Source of the DNA: Demequinaceae bacterium
Lineage (GTDB): Bacteria; Actinomycetota; Actinomycetes; Actinomycetales; JAJYRW01
Assembly (NCBI GenBank): GCA_027322505.1
Contig: DAHVRJ010000002.1
Location: 1-50,771, forward strand
DNA length: 50,771 nt
Direction: 5' to 3'
Shown: positions 9,237-19,009 of the stretch, piece by piece
How the letters are laid out: each line of letters starts with the position of its first letter
How positions within the stretch are numbered: the first letter of the stretch is position 1
Translations under genes and position numbers: made by a program
Notes under the pieces: generated by a model
The model's input: the letters and a program-made list of their open reading frames with translations, nothing else
Told to the model about the DNA's origin: nothing
The model's database searches: none

Positions 9237-10397
9237 ATGACGTCAGCCTTCAACCCATCCCCGCGGCGCACCAGGAGCACCAAGTTAACCCCGCGCGGGA
9301 TATTGCTGGCGATCATCTGTGCTGGGTTAGCCGTGCCCGGGATTTTACTGGGCTCAAATGAGTTGGTGGCTATAGCGCTGGCCGTCCTTGTCATTATCGG
9401 CGTTTCGTTTTGTACCGAGTTTTTTAGCCGCCCGCCCCTACTTACCTCCTTGACTTTCTATCCGCAGCCGGCGCATGGCGGCGACACCTTGACAATCGCG
9501 CCGCAGTTAGAAAACTTTGGGCCGATCTGGTCGCTGGATTTTAAACTGGATCCGAAGCTAACCACTGCCACCCGAATTGGGAAAACGGAACTTAACTACG
9601 CTGCCGGAGCCAAAAGCCGGGGCGTGTTTGAGTTTGGCAAAATTTCGGCGCAGCGCGAAGATGTTTTGGGTTTCGCGCGAACAACCGTTACTTGGACGAT
9701 CCCGCAACTAATTACGATCTACCCCCGCTTATTCGACTTGGGGGTTCCGCATTCCGGCACGGGAGGTGGGGAAGGCCGCGGCTTTTTCCCCGCCCCGGCT
9801 TCATCCGATGATGTGACTTTACGTACTTACGTGCGGGGAGATGAAATTCGCCGAATCCACTGGGCCGCAACCGCCCGCCAGGGCGAGTTAATGGTGCGCT
9901 CCGAAGAGAGCAGTGCCCAAAACGTGCTGTCGATCATTTTGGACAATCGCGCCATATTCGCTGACTCCCGACCCAGTGAATGGGCTATTTCTGCGGCCGC
10001 ATCGGTGGGCGTAAATGCCCTGAACCAGCAGTGGCGTGTGCAACTAATAACCGCCCAGAGTCAAAACGCGCGCAAAGTAGCACCGGTTTTCACCCAGGAG
10101 CGGGCTCTGTTGGAGTTTGCAACGGACCTGGCGCTAAATGATCAAGATAAGTTTATTGCGGCGATCCGACATGCTAAAGCGGATTTAACGGTCGCCTTCT
10201 TGCAGGACCTAGATGAAGATCTGCACCGGGAACTTACCCAACTCTCGACGCAAGTACGTGCCGCCGTTTATCGCGGCCCCGGCGGGGCGCTGGAGGCGCC
10301 GGAGCTGGCAACCAGCGCCAATTTGGCAATTACCCACGTGCACACCGATGATGACTTAGCCAAAAAATGGCGCGAATTCATCGGAGCGTCTCGATGA
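9237..10397 (+). CDS. DUF58-domain protein (MoxR partner)
   Basis: N-terminal TM pair; LRTYVRGDEIRRIHWAATARQGELMVRSEE motif; downstream of moxR. Confidence 0.88.
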   Translation: MTSAFNPSPRRTRSTKLTPRGILLAIICAGLAVPGILLGSNELVAIALAVLVIIGVSFCTEFFSRPPLLTSLTFYPQPAHGGDTLTIAPQLENFGPIWSLDFKLDPKLTTATRIGKTELNYAAGAKSRGVFEFGKISAQREDVLGFARTTVTWTIPQLITIYPRLFDLGVPHSGTGGGEGRGFFPAPASSDDVTLRTYVRGDEIRRIHWAATARQGELMVRSEESSAQNVLSIILDNRAIFADSRPSEWAISAAASVGVNALNQQWRVQLITAQSQNARKVAPVFTQERALLEFATDLALNDQDKFIAAIRHAKADLTVAFLQDLDEDLHRELTQLSTQVRAAVYRGPGGALEAPELATSANLAITHVHTDDDLAKKWREFIGASR

Positions 10398-12592
10398 CGA
10401 TTTTGCGTGCCATCGTCGCCAACCTCGCAATCTTGGCGGCGACGCTGAGCCTTTTAACGGTGGTGGAATTTGGGCCGTGGTTCGGATGGGCAGCCGCAGT
10501 AACTACCGGCATGCTAGCAGTGACCACAACCAGCAGATGGCTTTTGCGCAAGAGGGGCGCCCAGTGGATCGCACTGCCCCTCGCGCTGCTGGCAGCCGCC
10601 GTTTTCATATTAAGGCTACTGACGCCGTCCAAAATGTTTGCCGGTTTTATTCCCACCATTCAGACGCTGCACGAGGTCCCCGCACTGCTGACCAGCGCCT
10701 CGCAAACGTTTCAATTTTCGCCGCCCCCGGTCCCGGCGAATGCCCCAGTGACCTTGGTGGTGCTCAGCTGTCTAGCCATTGTTACGGCGCTGGTGGATTT
10801 ATTGGCCCTGCAAGCCCACGCGCCCGCTTTTGCCGCGCTGCCGCTGTTGGCATTATGGACGCCGACGATTGTCCTGGCCCGGGAAATTTCTCTCTTCGTG
10901 GTCTTCTTATCGCTCCTGATGTGGCTGGCGCTGTTAGCCCTTGAGCGTGCGGGGCGCACGGCCTGGTATTTATCAGCGCTGCGTACCGGCTGGGCGCTGG
11001 TGTCGGCGGCCGTCATATTTGCGCTGGTGAGTCTCCTAGCGCTGCCCGCCTTACAAAAATGGAGCCACTGGAGCTCATTTGAAGTCGCCAAAAACCCGCG
11101 CAGCAGCGCGCCAATCGTGGCAGGTGAACCGGTGGTTTTATCTGGGGGCCTCGAATTGAGCCATATTTTGGGTGAACGGTCAGATGAAACGATATTGCGC
11201 TATCGCGCCCTGGGGGCCAAACCATCAATTTTGCGCCTGAAAGTGATGTCCGACTACAACGATGGCCAATGGCAAGAGGCCACCGATCTGGAGGATTTGG
11301 AAGATTTTCCCCCCGCCCCAGCCACCGGTCTCGACACGGAGACCGCCTCCGTGTTGGAGGTCCAGCACACCGGTTTAGTGGAACGCTTCGGAGTGAGTCC
11401 CGGCCATACCTTGGGTATCGCTTCAGATGCGCAGGATTGGCGACTTACCCGCGACACCGGCGAGTTGATCCACGAGCGGGGCGCAATTGCCGCGCCCTAT
11501 GAAGTGACGTGGGAAGAGCCGGAAGTCACCCGCGAGGAGCTGCAAAACGCGCCGGTGCCGATGAACGTGGGTGATCGATGGACTGCCGTCCCCGATGACC
11601 TTCCCGACAGCTTTTATGAAGAACTAAAAAGAGCTAAGGGGGATGCAACAACGCCCTACGACGTGGCGGTGAATATTCAAAACTGGTTCCGCTCATCCGG
11701 TTCCTTCACCTATGAAGTCACCAATGATGAGGTTACCGGCTCCGCGCTGGATGACTTTTTTATAAATCGGGCCGGATTCTGCGTCCACTACGCCACCGCC
11801 ATGACACTAATGCTGCGCCAGGAAGGAATCCCCACGCGCGTTGCCGTCGGATTCCTACCGGGCCAACGCGATACGGGTGGCTGGATGGAAGTGGCGGCAA
11901 ACCGGGCACATGCTTGGCCAGAAGTCTATTTCGAGGGCCACGGTTGGATTCGCTTCGAACCCACTCCCCCAGATCAAACCGGTCAGGCACCGGATTGGAC
12001 GCGTGAGCCAGCTGTTGCGGATGACAGTCAGACGCCCGCGCCTGATGATTCGCCCACGCTAACTGAAACCGAGCCGGAGACTTCCGCAGAATCAACGCCG
12101 CAAAATTCACAAGCAAGCCCGGAAGAAACGGCGGCAAACCCGGAACCTGATGAGGGGTTGCACCCGCTCTTCCTAGTGGTTGGCATGGCGCTGTTTGCGG
12201 TGGCTCTCATCATCTTTGGCCTGCGGCTACGCCGCTTGCGCAAGCAACAGCGCCGGGAAGGCTTTTCGCAAAAATGGGATTCGGCCCGCCGAATTTGTGC
12301 CAGTGTCGCGCCCGATGCCGTGGCCGAACACTGGAGGTCAAGTCGTTCCCCAAGCCAGGTTGCCGCAGCACTGCAACCCCAATTACCGCCGGAGATGGGC
12401 CCGGTACTTACGGAGTTGGCTGCCGTCATCGAGAGCCGGGCTTTTGCGCCCGGCAGCCAGCCGCGCGAAGAAGCACCCGCCAGTGAAGTACCAGAACACG
12501 AACCGGCGGGGGCGGAAGCGGCCGGTGGCAAAGTGGATGAACTCTTAACTGATCTGCGCGCGGCCAAGCGTCAAACCGGGCAGCGGACCTAA
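10394..12592 (+). CDS. Membrane transglutaminase-like protein (DUF3488/TgpA-like N-terminus plus TGase core)
   Basis: Multi-TM N-terminus; GFCVHYATAM (Cys), AHAWPEVYF (His), WIRFEPTP; acidic Pro/Thr linker and C-terminal TM; ATGA overlap with the DUF58 stop. Confidence 0.88.
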   Translation: MTILRAIVANLAILAATLSLLTVVEFGPWFGWAAAVTTGMLAVTTTSRWLLRKRGAQWIALPLALLAAAVFILRLLTPSKMFAGFIPTIQTLHEVPALLTSASQTFQFSPPPVPANAPVTLVVLSCLAIVTALVDLLALQAHAPAFAALPLLALWTPTIVLAREISLFVVFLSLLMWLALLALERAGRTAWYLSALRTGWALVSAAVIFALVSLLALPALQKWSHWSSFEVAKNPRSSAPIVAGEPVVLSGGLELSHILGERSDETILRYRALGAKPSILRLKVMSDYNDGQWQEATDLEDLEDFPPAPATGLDTETASVLEVQHTGLVERFGVSPGHTLGIASDAQDWRLTRDTGELIHERGAIAAPYEVTWEEPEVTREELQNAPVPMNVGDRWTAVPDDLPDSFYEELKRAKGDATTPYDVAVNIQNWFRSSGSFTYEVTNDEVTGSALDDFFINRAGFCVHYATAMTLMLRQEGIPTRVAVGFLPGQRDTGGWMEVAANRAHAWPEVYFEGHGWIRFEPTPPDQTGQAPDWTREPAVADDSQTPAPDDSPTLTETEPETSAESTPQNSQASPEETAANPEPDEGLHPLFLVVGMALFAVALIIFGLRLRRLRKQQRREGFSQKWDSARRICASVAPDAVAEHWRSSRSPSQVAAALQPQLPPEMGPVLTELAAVIESRAFAPGSQPREEAPASEVPEHEPAGAEAAGGKVDELLTDLRAAKRQTGQRT

Positions 12593-12621
12593 TTTTGGTC
12601 GAGTGCTGGGAAGGGTTTTAA

Positions 12622-13014
12622 TTAAATATCTTCGCGTTTATCCCAGCGCTCTTCCATGCGATCCATGAAGGTGCCATCGCTGCGCTTAGGGGGCTTCTTC
12701 TTTGAGTTTGGGCGCACTGAGCCATCGGGCCGCACAACGCCGATCTTGTTTTTCGCTTTGGGCTTGCTGATCGCCCACCAAGCACCGGCGAACATGACCA
12801 AAAAGCCAATGATTCCTAACCACGGAGTGGCGATTGCAACTGAAACCACCAACAAGATTAGGCCCAGAAGTATGGCCCCGCCCCCAAGTAGCCAGCGTCC
12901 GATGCCGCTGGGCTGTTCGTTTCCGCGCAGCGAGGTTGCAAATTCTGGATCGTCTGAGCGCAGCGCGCGCTCCATCTGAGCAAGGACCTCTCGCTCATAG
13001 TCAGACAGAGGCAT
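12622..13014 (-). CDS. DUF3040-domain membrane protein
   Basis: MPLSDYEREVLAQMERALRSDDPEFA, two TM helices, FMDRMEERW C-terminus; usual neighbour of mraZ/dinB. Confidence 0.88.
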   Translation of the reverse strand: MPLSDYEREVLAQMERALRSDDPEFATSLRGNEQPSGIGRWLLGGGAILLGLILLVVSVAIATPWLGIIGFLVMFAGAWWAISKPKAKNKIGVVRPDGSVRPNSKKKPPKRSDGTFMDRMEERWDKREDI

Positions 13015-13052
13015 AGCAAACCTCCTGGCGGTTAAAAATCTGATCTGTCTTC

Positions 13053-14315
13053 CTAGGATAGTTCGCCAGTGCCATCTTCCGCATCCCTCCCCGCTCTTTC
13101 CACCAGGGTACCGGGTTTTAGCGCCTCTGCGCCAAAGCGCTCGCGAACTTGATCAACGAGTTTCGTTACCTGCGGTGTGCTGGTGGGGGCCGGCGCAAAA
13201 ATCGATTCAAAGCTCAATTGCCGCGGCGTAGTTTCGGTTGCTGACAGCCCTTCTAGGCGCACGCCCAGTAAGCGAATCGCCTTGCTCGGGGCATGGGCAG
13301 CAAAGAGTTCTTGAGCTACCCGGTTTAGCGTTGGCGCATCGTCAATGGGTGAAGGCAGCGTTCGAGAGCGGCTGAAGGTTGCAAAGTCCGCCGTGCGGAC
13401 CTTAATTGCGACCACGCTGCCCACCACTTCTGCGCGACGTGCTCGGGCCGCCGTGCGGTCGGCGAGCGCCAAAATGGTCCGGCGCAACTGGGCAACATCA
13501 CGGACATCGGTCTCAAAGGTGGTCTCGGTGCCCACAGATTTTTCGGCTCGATCCGGATTGATCTCCCATGCCTGGCGCTGCCACGCGATCTGGTGTAGAC
13601 GCAGGGCGTGGGCGCGCCCAATGATTCGCGTCAGCACGGGCAAATCGGTGTGCGCGAGGTTTTCTACCGTGTGGATCCCCCACTCGTGCAGTGTTTCTTC
13701 GGTGCGCGGCCCCACGCCTGGAAGAGCGCCCACGGGCAGCTCGTGCAAGAACTCCAGCGTGCGGGCCCGCGGGATGAGCAAGAGGCCATCGGGCTTGGCG
13801 TGGGTGGAAGCTAACTTGGCAACCACGGGGCTGGAGGCAACTCCCACCGAGCACGTCACCTCGTGGATTCGGGCCACCTCGGCCCGAATGTGGTGCGCAA
13901 TCTTTGTAGCACTCCCCCACTTTTTTAGCGCCCCGGTCACGTCCAGATACGCCTCATCAATCGAAAGCACTTCCACCCGCGGCGTTATATCGCGCAGCAT
14001 GTCCATTACCTGAGCCGACACCTCGTGGTAGCGATTATGAGTGGGCGGAATCACGGTCGCAGCCGGGCAAAGCCGCCGCGCCCGGGCCATCGGCATGGCG
14101 GCACGCACGCCAAATGCCCGGGCCTCATAACTTGCTGCGACCACCACGCCGCGATCGTGCCGCCCCACAATGACTGGCTTTCCGCGTAATTGGGGGCGCA
14201 GCGCTATCTCCACCGAGGCAAAAAACGCGTCCATATCCACATGCAAAACGGCGGTGCCGGAATCATCATCGCCCCAGTTTCGGGCAACGGAAGTAGAACG
14301 CGGGCCTCGACTCAC
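13053..14315 (-). CDS. dinB: DNA polymerase IV (Y family)
   Basis: LHVDMDAFFASVE, ASYEARAFGV, SIDEAYLD, AKLAS...KPDG, IRLLGVR. Confidence 0.95.
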   Translation of the reverse strand: MSRGPRSTSVARNWGDDDSGTAVLHVDMDAFFASVEIALRPQLRGKPVIVGRHDRGVVVAASYEARAFGVRAAMPMARARRLCPAATVIPPTHNRYHEVSAQVMDMLRDITPRVEVLSIDEAYLDVTGALKKWGSATKIAHHIRAEVARIHEVTCSVGVASSPVVAKLASTHAKPDGLLLIPRARTLEFLHELPVGALPGVGPRTEETLHEWGIHTVENLAHTDLPVLTRIIGRAHALRLHQIAWQRQAWEINPDRAEKSVGTETTFETDVRDVAQLRRTILALADRTAARARRAEVVGSVVAIKVRTADFATFSRSRTLPSPIDDAPTLNRVAQELFAAHAPSKAIRLLGVRLEGLSATETTPRQLSFESIFAPAPTSTPQVTKLVDQVRERFGAEALKPGTLVERAGRDAEDGTGELS

Positions 14316-14363
14316 AGCATCAATCTACGCAGCCGGAGAAATTAGCGCCTATCCTGGGTGATC

Positions 14364-15245
14364 GTGTCTGCCTCCCGCGCTCGTCGCCGTCCTTCATCAA
14401 CTCCCGCGACGTTACCTACCGAGCCGATAAATACGGACCACGCTGAAGTTACGGTAGTGGCGCAAGCTGGAGCACCAAATCGCGTAACGCTCTACCTCGA
14501 TGGCACGCCCAGCTCGCATATTGATTTTGCCGATCCCACCCACCTGGAATTCAAATACATGCAGTGGATGGCCGCAATCATCGATGCCTGGTTCCCGCCG
14601 CAGAAGGCACTGCGGGCAATGCACTTAGGCGCAGCGGGATGCACCATGGCTCGATATGTCGATGCAACCCGCCCCGGTTCGCACCAACTGGCGCTCGAGA
14701 TTGATGCAAAGCTAGCGCAACTGGTTCGCCAGTGGTTCGATTTACCGCGCTCCCCGCAATTGCGAATTCGGGTTCAAGACGCGCGTGTGGCACTAGAAAA
14801 GAGCGCTGATGTCCGCTGGGATGTGATTATCCGCGATGTGTTCGCCAATTCCGAGGTTCCATTGGAGCTGACCTCATTGGAGGCCGTAGCCCAGGTTCAT
14901 CGCACTTTAAGCGCCCAGGGCATCTATCTGACCAACTGCGCAGATTTTCCGCCGCTAAACCTAGCGCGCCAGGAAGTAGCGACCATGCGCGAACTCTTCG
15001 GAAAAAACGTACTAATTGCAGCCGAGCCGGGCGTCTTTAGCGGGCGACGGCACGGAAACGTAATAATTTTGGCCGCCAAGGACGGCGTGCGCCTGCGGGC
15101 GGCTGCGGCCCAAATTGGGCGGGCTTTGCGCTCCACCCCCATCCCGGCCCGCACATTAGAGGGCCGGGAATTAGAGGTTTTCGCAGCCGGAGCTAAGCCG
15201 CTGCGAGACCCGGTGGGAGATTTAGGGCCCGTTACGAAGCCCTAA
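14364..15245 (+). CDS. Spermidine synthase-like SAM-dependent transferase
   Basis: SSHIDFADPTHLEFKYM, HLGAAGCTMARY, LEIDAKLAQLVRQWFDLP, DVIIRDVF, GRRHGNV. Start 14364 or 14358. Confidence 0.75.
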   Translation: MSASRARRRPSSTPATLPTEPINTDHAEVTVVAQAGAPNRVTLYLDGTPSSHIDFADPTHLEFKYMQWMAAIIDAWFPPQKALRAMHLGAAGCTMARYVDATRPGSHQLALEIDAKLAQLVRQWFDLPRSPQLRIRVQDARVALEKSADVRWDVIIRDVFANSEVPLELTSLEAVAQVHRTLSAQGIYLTNCADFPPLNLARQEVATMRELFGKNVLIAAEPGVFSGRRHGNVIILAAKDGVRLRAAAAQIGRALRSTPIPARTLEGRELEVFAAGAKPLRDPVGDLGPVTKP

Positions 15246-16426
15246 GAAACACTCGCCTCGCCGGTGTCATCGCCAAAGTCTTCGCCGCCAAAGTCGTCGT
15301 CCTCAAGTTGGTCGGGGCTGTCTACCTGGTCGGGGCTGTCTAGCTGGTCGGGGCCGTCTACCTGGTCGCGGCCAGCAAGCTGATCGCGGTCGAAATTTTC
15401 GCCCATGTCCTCTTCGCCAGCGCCGCGCTCGTTGAGGTCCGCGCCGCTGTCGTTGAGGTCTTCGCCGCGCTCGTTGAGGTCCGCGCCGCGCGTTTGACGC
15501 TGTGCCTCGTGCATTAAGAACCGCTCAAATTCTGCCCCCAGCTCATCGGCCGTTGGAATTTCTTCTTCCGCGGCTAAAAGGCTGGGGAGCTTGGCACTGT
15601 GCGTGGCGCTGTCATATTGCCGCTCCAGAGCGCTAACGACTTCGCGGGCTTCCGCGTTGGTGGAAAGCTGGCGTTCGATTTCCTTTGAGGTGCGCCCAGC
15701 ACGCACGTTCAAATCACCAATTGGGAGCGATAAGTCACAGCTGCGCTGCAGGACTTCAAGGAGTCCCACCGCGGCCTGTGGATAATTCGACTGCGCCAGG
15801 TAGTGCGGTACCTGCGCAACGAGCCCAATGGCGGGATATCCGGCCTCGGTAAGGCGCAGTTCCAAGAGTGCGGCGGCACTTCCGGGCATTTGCACGGAGT
15901 TAATCCACGGGAGTCCTTCGCCAATAAGGTCGGTTTCCGATCCGTGGGCGCCAATTACCAACGGGCGCGTGTGCGGAACGGACATGGGCACGCCATGCAG
16001 TCGCACTGTCAGTGAAACACCTAGCGCGTCGATGGCGTCTCGAATGGCATTGACGAACCGTTCCCAACCAACGTCGGGCTCCGCGCCGTGCAGCAATAAA
16101 AACGGCGTGCCGGTGGTGTCCCACACCACGTCAACGGCGAGTACCGGCTCTTCATATGACGTCCACTTGGAATCTTCGAAAGTCATCACCGGGCGCCGGG
16201 AGCGGTAGTCCACCAACAGATCGTGGTCAAACGTGATTACCCGCTCGTGGTCTAAAGACTCCAGCAGGTGCTCAGCTGCAATACGTCCGGCAGAGCCGGC
16301 ATCGATAAACCCGCTCATGGCGTGTACTAGGACCAGCCCATCGGGCAACTCGGCGGCGTTCGCATTAACGGAATACAACGACTTTCCCGACAAACCCGAG
16401 ATGAAGTCGTCTGCGTACTCGTTCAT
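15242..16426 (-). CDS. PAC2 (proteasome assembly chaperone-like) family protein with acidic repeat tail
   Basis: GFIDAGSAG, DLLVDYRSRRP, GAEPDVGWERF, PHTRP, QVPHYLAQSNYPQAA, LERQYD, PTADELGAEFERFL. Confidence 0.88.
   Translation of the reverse strand: MNEYADDFISGLSGKSLYSVNANAAELPDGLVLVHAMSGFIDAGSAGRIAAEHLLESLDHERVITFDHDLLVDYRSRRPVMTFEDSKWTSYEEPVLAVDVVWDTTGTPFLLLHGAEPDVGWERFVNAIRDAIDALGVSLTVRLHGVPMSVPHTRPLVIGAHGSETDLIGEGLPWINSVQMPGSAAALLELRLTEAGYPAIGLVAQVPHYLAQSNYPQAAVGLLEVLQRSCDLSLPIGDLNVRAGRTSKEIERQLSTNAEAREVVSALERQYDSATHSAKLPSLLAAEEEIPTADELGAEFERFLMHEAQRQTRGADLNERGEDLNDSGADLNERGAGEEDMGENFDRDQLAGRDQVDGPDQLDSPDQVDSPDQLEDDDFGGEDFGDDTGEASVS
15309..15391. repeat. 18-bp coding tandem repeat (about 4.5 units; DQ[VL]DSP)
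   Basis: tggtcggggctgtctacc / tggtcggggctgtctagc / tggtcggggccgtctacc / tggtcgcggccagcaagc. Confidence 0.9.
15421..15491. repeat. 21-bp coding tandem repeat (about 3.4 units; G[AE]DLN[ED][RS])
   Basis: cgccgcgctcgttgaggtccg / cgccgctgtcgttgaggtctt / cgccgcgctcgttgaggtccg. Confidence 0.9.
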
Positions 16427-16653
16427 GGCACCTCCCTATATGAGTCCCAGATTTTCATAAATCTAGTAGTAATCCACTTCTATCCTATTAACATCGCATA
16501 AGCGCTGAACATTCCCGCTCATTGTGTCGTTCAGATGTGGCTAATTCCATCCCCACACTGGGTGGCGGTTTCGTATCTTGGCGGCCGCGGGGGATAATTC
16601 AAGGACGCAATTTTTCTGGCCCCGGTTCGCGGGCCCCAATTCCAAGGGTGGTT

Positions 16654-18924
16654 ATGCCTGCCAATAGCGAAGATATTCGCTTTGAACAGCGCTATGTCAC
16701 GACGCTGTATGACCGGCTCGATGAACTACGTGCCCACACGCGCGAACGCCTAGCCCAGGTGCGCCGGTCCGGCCCCAGCGGCTCCCCGCAAAATCGCTCG
16801 GAGCGCGATGCCTTCGCCACCCTGTATGAAGACCGGCTCGCCCAGTTGGAAAACGTGGAAGACCGCCTAGTTTTTGGTCGCCTCGATCTGGTCGATTCCC
16901 GCCAGCGCTACATCGGACGTATCGGATTACACGATGATGACCACCACCAGTTACTCACCGATTGGCGCGCCCCGGCGGCCGAACCGTTTTATCAAGCAAC
17001 AGCCGCGCACCCGCAGGGCGTGGTTTTGCGCCGGCACTTAACGACGCGCGGCCGCCAAGTGACGGCTTTAGAAGATGACGTGCTCGATGTTGAAAATCTG
17101 AGCGAGTCTGCGCGTAAAAACCTTGCGGGCGAGGGGGCACTGCTTGCCGCACTCAGCGCGAGCCGTACCGGCCGCATGGCAGATATCGTCGCCACAATTC
17201 AAGCTGAACAGGATCAGATAATTCGCGCCCCGCTGGCCGGAGCGCTCGTCGTGCAGGGCGGCCCGGGCACCGGTAAGACAGCTGTTGCCCTGCATCGCGT
17301 AGCTTATTTGCTGTATTCGCATCGACGCCGCCTAGAAAACTCCGGCGTGCTGGTGATTGGCCCCAGCTCCCAGTTCCTGCGCTACATCGAAAACGTGTTG
17401 CCATCTCTGGGTGAGACCGGCGTTATGGCCACCACAATCGCTGATTTGCTGCCGCAGTTATCGGCCACCGGGACTGAAAGTGACGCCGTGGCCGAAATTA
17501 AGGGGCGCTCGCAAATGGCGCAGGTCATAAGGCGCGCCGTGCGCCAGCGTCAGCGCGTGCCCGACCAGCCCAAGTCGCTGGTAGTTGACCGCGGGAGGCT
17601 CCAGCTCTTACCCGCGGAAGTTTCCGAAGCAATTGATCGAGCACGTCGGTCCCGCAAGCCCCATAACGAGGCGCGCGTTGTTTTCGTTCAGCACATGCTC
17701 GGGAAGCTGTCCGAGCAATACGCCCGGGTACTGGATTTCGAGCCCACCATGGACGATTTACAAGACCTTGCCGAAGAGCTGCGGCAAAACCGTGACGTGC
17801 GCATCGCCCTGAACCTGTGTTGGATGCCGGTGACCGCCGAAAAGGTCGTTGAAACTCTGTGGGCAAACCCCACGCGTCTAGCAGCTGCCGCGCCAAGGCT
17901 AAACGCGGGCGAGCGTGAAATGCTCTTTCGGCCCGCCGGACAGCCCTGGACGCCAGCAGATATCCCGCTGTTGGATGAAGCCGCTGAACTGGTGGGTGAT
18001 GACGATCAGGCCCGCCGCGCCCAAGAAGCACAGGAGCGCAAACGCCGGGAAGAAGAAGTGGCCTACGCCGAACAGGTGGTGGCTGCAACCGGGGTTTCAC
18101 ACCTGGTTTCCGCCGAGCTCCTAGCCGAGCGTTTTGGGCACGGGACTGCTCGGGCAACCGCGGCGGAAGCAGCGGCCCGGGACCGCACTTGGACGTTTGG
18201 CCACGTAGTTGTGGATGAGGCCCAGGAACTGTCCCCCATGGCCTGGCGCGCGCTTTTGCGCCGCTGCCCCACGCGCTCTTTCACCATTGTGGGCGATACC
18301 TCGCAGGCTTCAGCCGCCGCCGGAACCCGGAACTGGCGCGAGCGGCTTGAGCCCTTATTTGGTGAACATCTGCGGCTCGAAGAGTTGACGGTTAATTACC
18401 GCACGCCAGGGCGGATCATGGAGCCGGCCGTTGCGGCCGGGCGCGCCGCCGGACTGCACATCACCGCTGCCACCACCGCGCGCGAGGGTGACTATCCAGT
18501 TGAGTATGTCGCAGCTGGTGACTCGCTGGATGAGGCCGCCACCGAGGCAGTCAATTCCCGGCTCGACATGCTCGGTGATGGCCGCTTAGCAGTGATCGCC
18601 CCCGCAAGCGAAATTTTACAATTGTGGACGGCGTTAGACGCCCATCCGCGCATCGCTCCTTTGCTGGGCGCTACTGGAGCAAACGGCCTCCCACCGTCCG
18701 CGACCAGAAGCGCAGAAGCACTCGCCGATTTGCGCTCCCCCATCACAATCATCACTGCGGAACAAGCTAAGGGTCTGGAATTCGATGTGGTTGTGTTGGT
18801 TGAACCCAGCGCGATTTTGGCGCAAGCTGCGCGCGGCCCCGGTGATCTGTACGTGGCGATGAGTCGCTCCACGCAGGCCCTGACGATCGTTCACCGCGAC
18901 CCACTGCCCGCGGGGCTGGCCTAA
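16654..18924 (+). CDS. HelD-family RNA polymerase-recycling ATPase (SF1 helicase-like)
   Basis: LVFGRLD, YIGRIGL, DWRAPAAEPFY, MADIVATIQAEQD.IIR, QGGPGTGKTAVALHR, VVDEAQELS, NYRTP, KGLEFD, LYVAMSR. Start moved to ATG 16654. Confidence 0.88.
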   Translation: MPANSEDIRFEQRYVTTLYDRLDELRAHTRERLAQVRRSGPSGSPQNRSERDAFATLYEDRLAQLENVEDRLVFGRLDLVDSRQRYIGRIGLHDDDHHQLLTDWRAPAAEPFYQATAAHPQGVVLRRHLTTRGRQVTALEDDVLDVENLSESARKNLAGEGALLAALSASRTGRMADIVATIQAEQDQIIRAPLAGALVVQGGPGTGKTAVALHRVAYLLYSHRRRLENSGVLVIGPSSQFLRYIENVLPSLGETGVMATTIADLLPQLSATGTESDAVAEIKGRSQMAQVIRRAVRQRQRVPDQPKSLVVDRGRLQLLPAEVSEAIDRARRSRKPHNEARVVFVQHMLGKLSEQYARVLDFEPTMDDLQDLAEELRQNRDVRIALNLCWMPVTAEKVVETLWANPTRLAAAAPRLNAGEREMLFRPAGQPWTPADIPLLDEAAELVGDDDQARRAQEAQERKRREEEVAYAEQVVAATGVSHLVSAELLAERFGHGTARATAAEAAARDRTWTFGHVVVDEAQELSPMAWRALLRRCPTRSFTIVGDTSQASAAAGTRNWRERLEPLFGEHLRLEELTVNYRTPGRIMEPAVAAGRAAGLHITAATTAREGDYPVEYVAAGDSLDEAATEAVNSRLDMLGDGRLAVIAPASEILQLWTALDAHPRIAPLLGATGANGLPPSATRSAEALADLRSPITIITAEQAKGLEFDVVVLVEPSAILAQAARGPGDLYVAMSRSTQALTIVHRDPLPAGLA

Positions 18925-19009
18925 ACAACCCGGCTTTGCCACCCACCCGGCGGTCCCGAAGGGCGGGGCCGTGACGAAAGCTAACGCCCCGGTGTGGGAA
19001 TATTCGAAC

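Noticed and set aside
15309-15491. Possible CRISPR array
   Set aside because: Contiguous in-frame coding repeats with no spacers and no cas genes.
16615-16640. GC-rich quasi-palindrome upstream of the HelD-family gene as an RAE
   Set aside because: It does not match the RAE core as I recall it; ordinary GC-rich symmetry.
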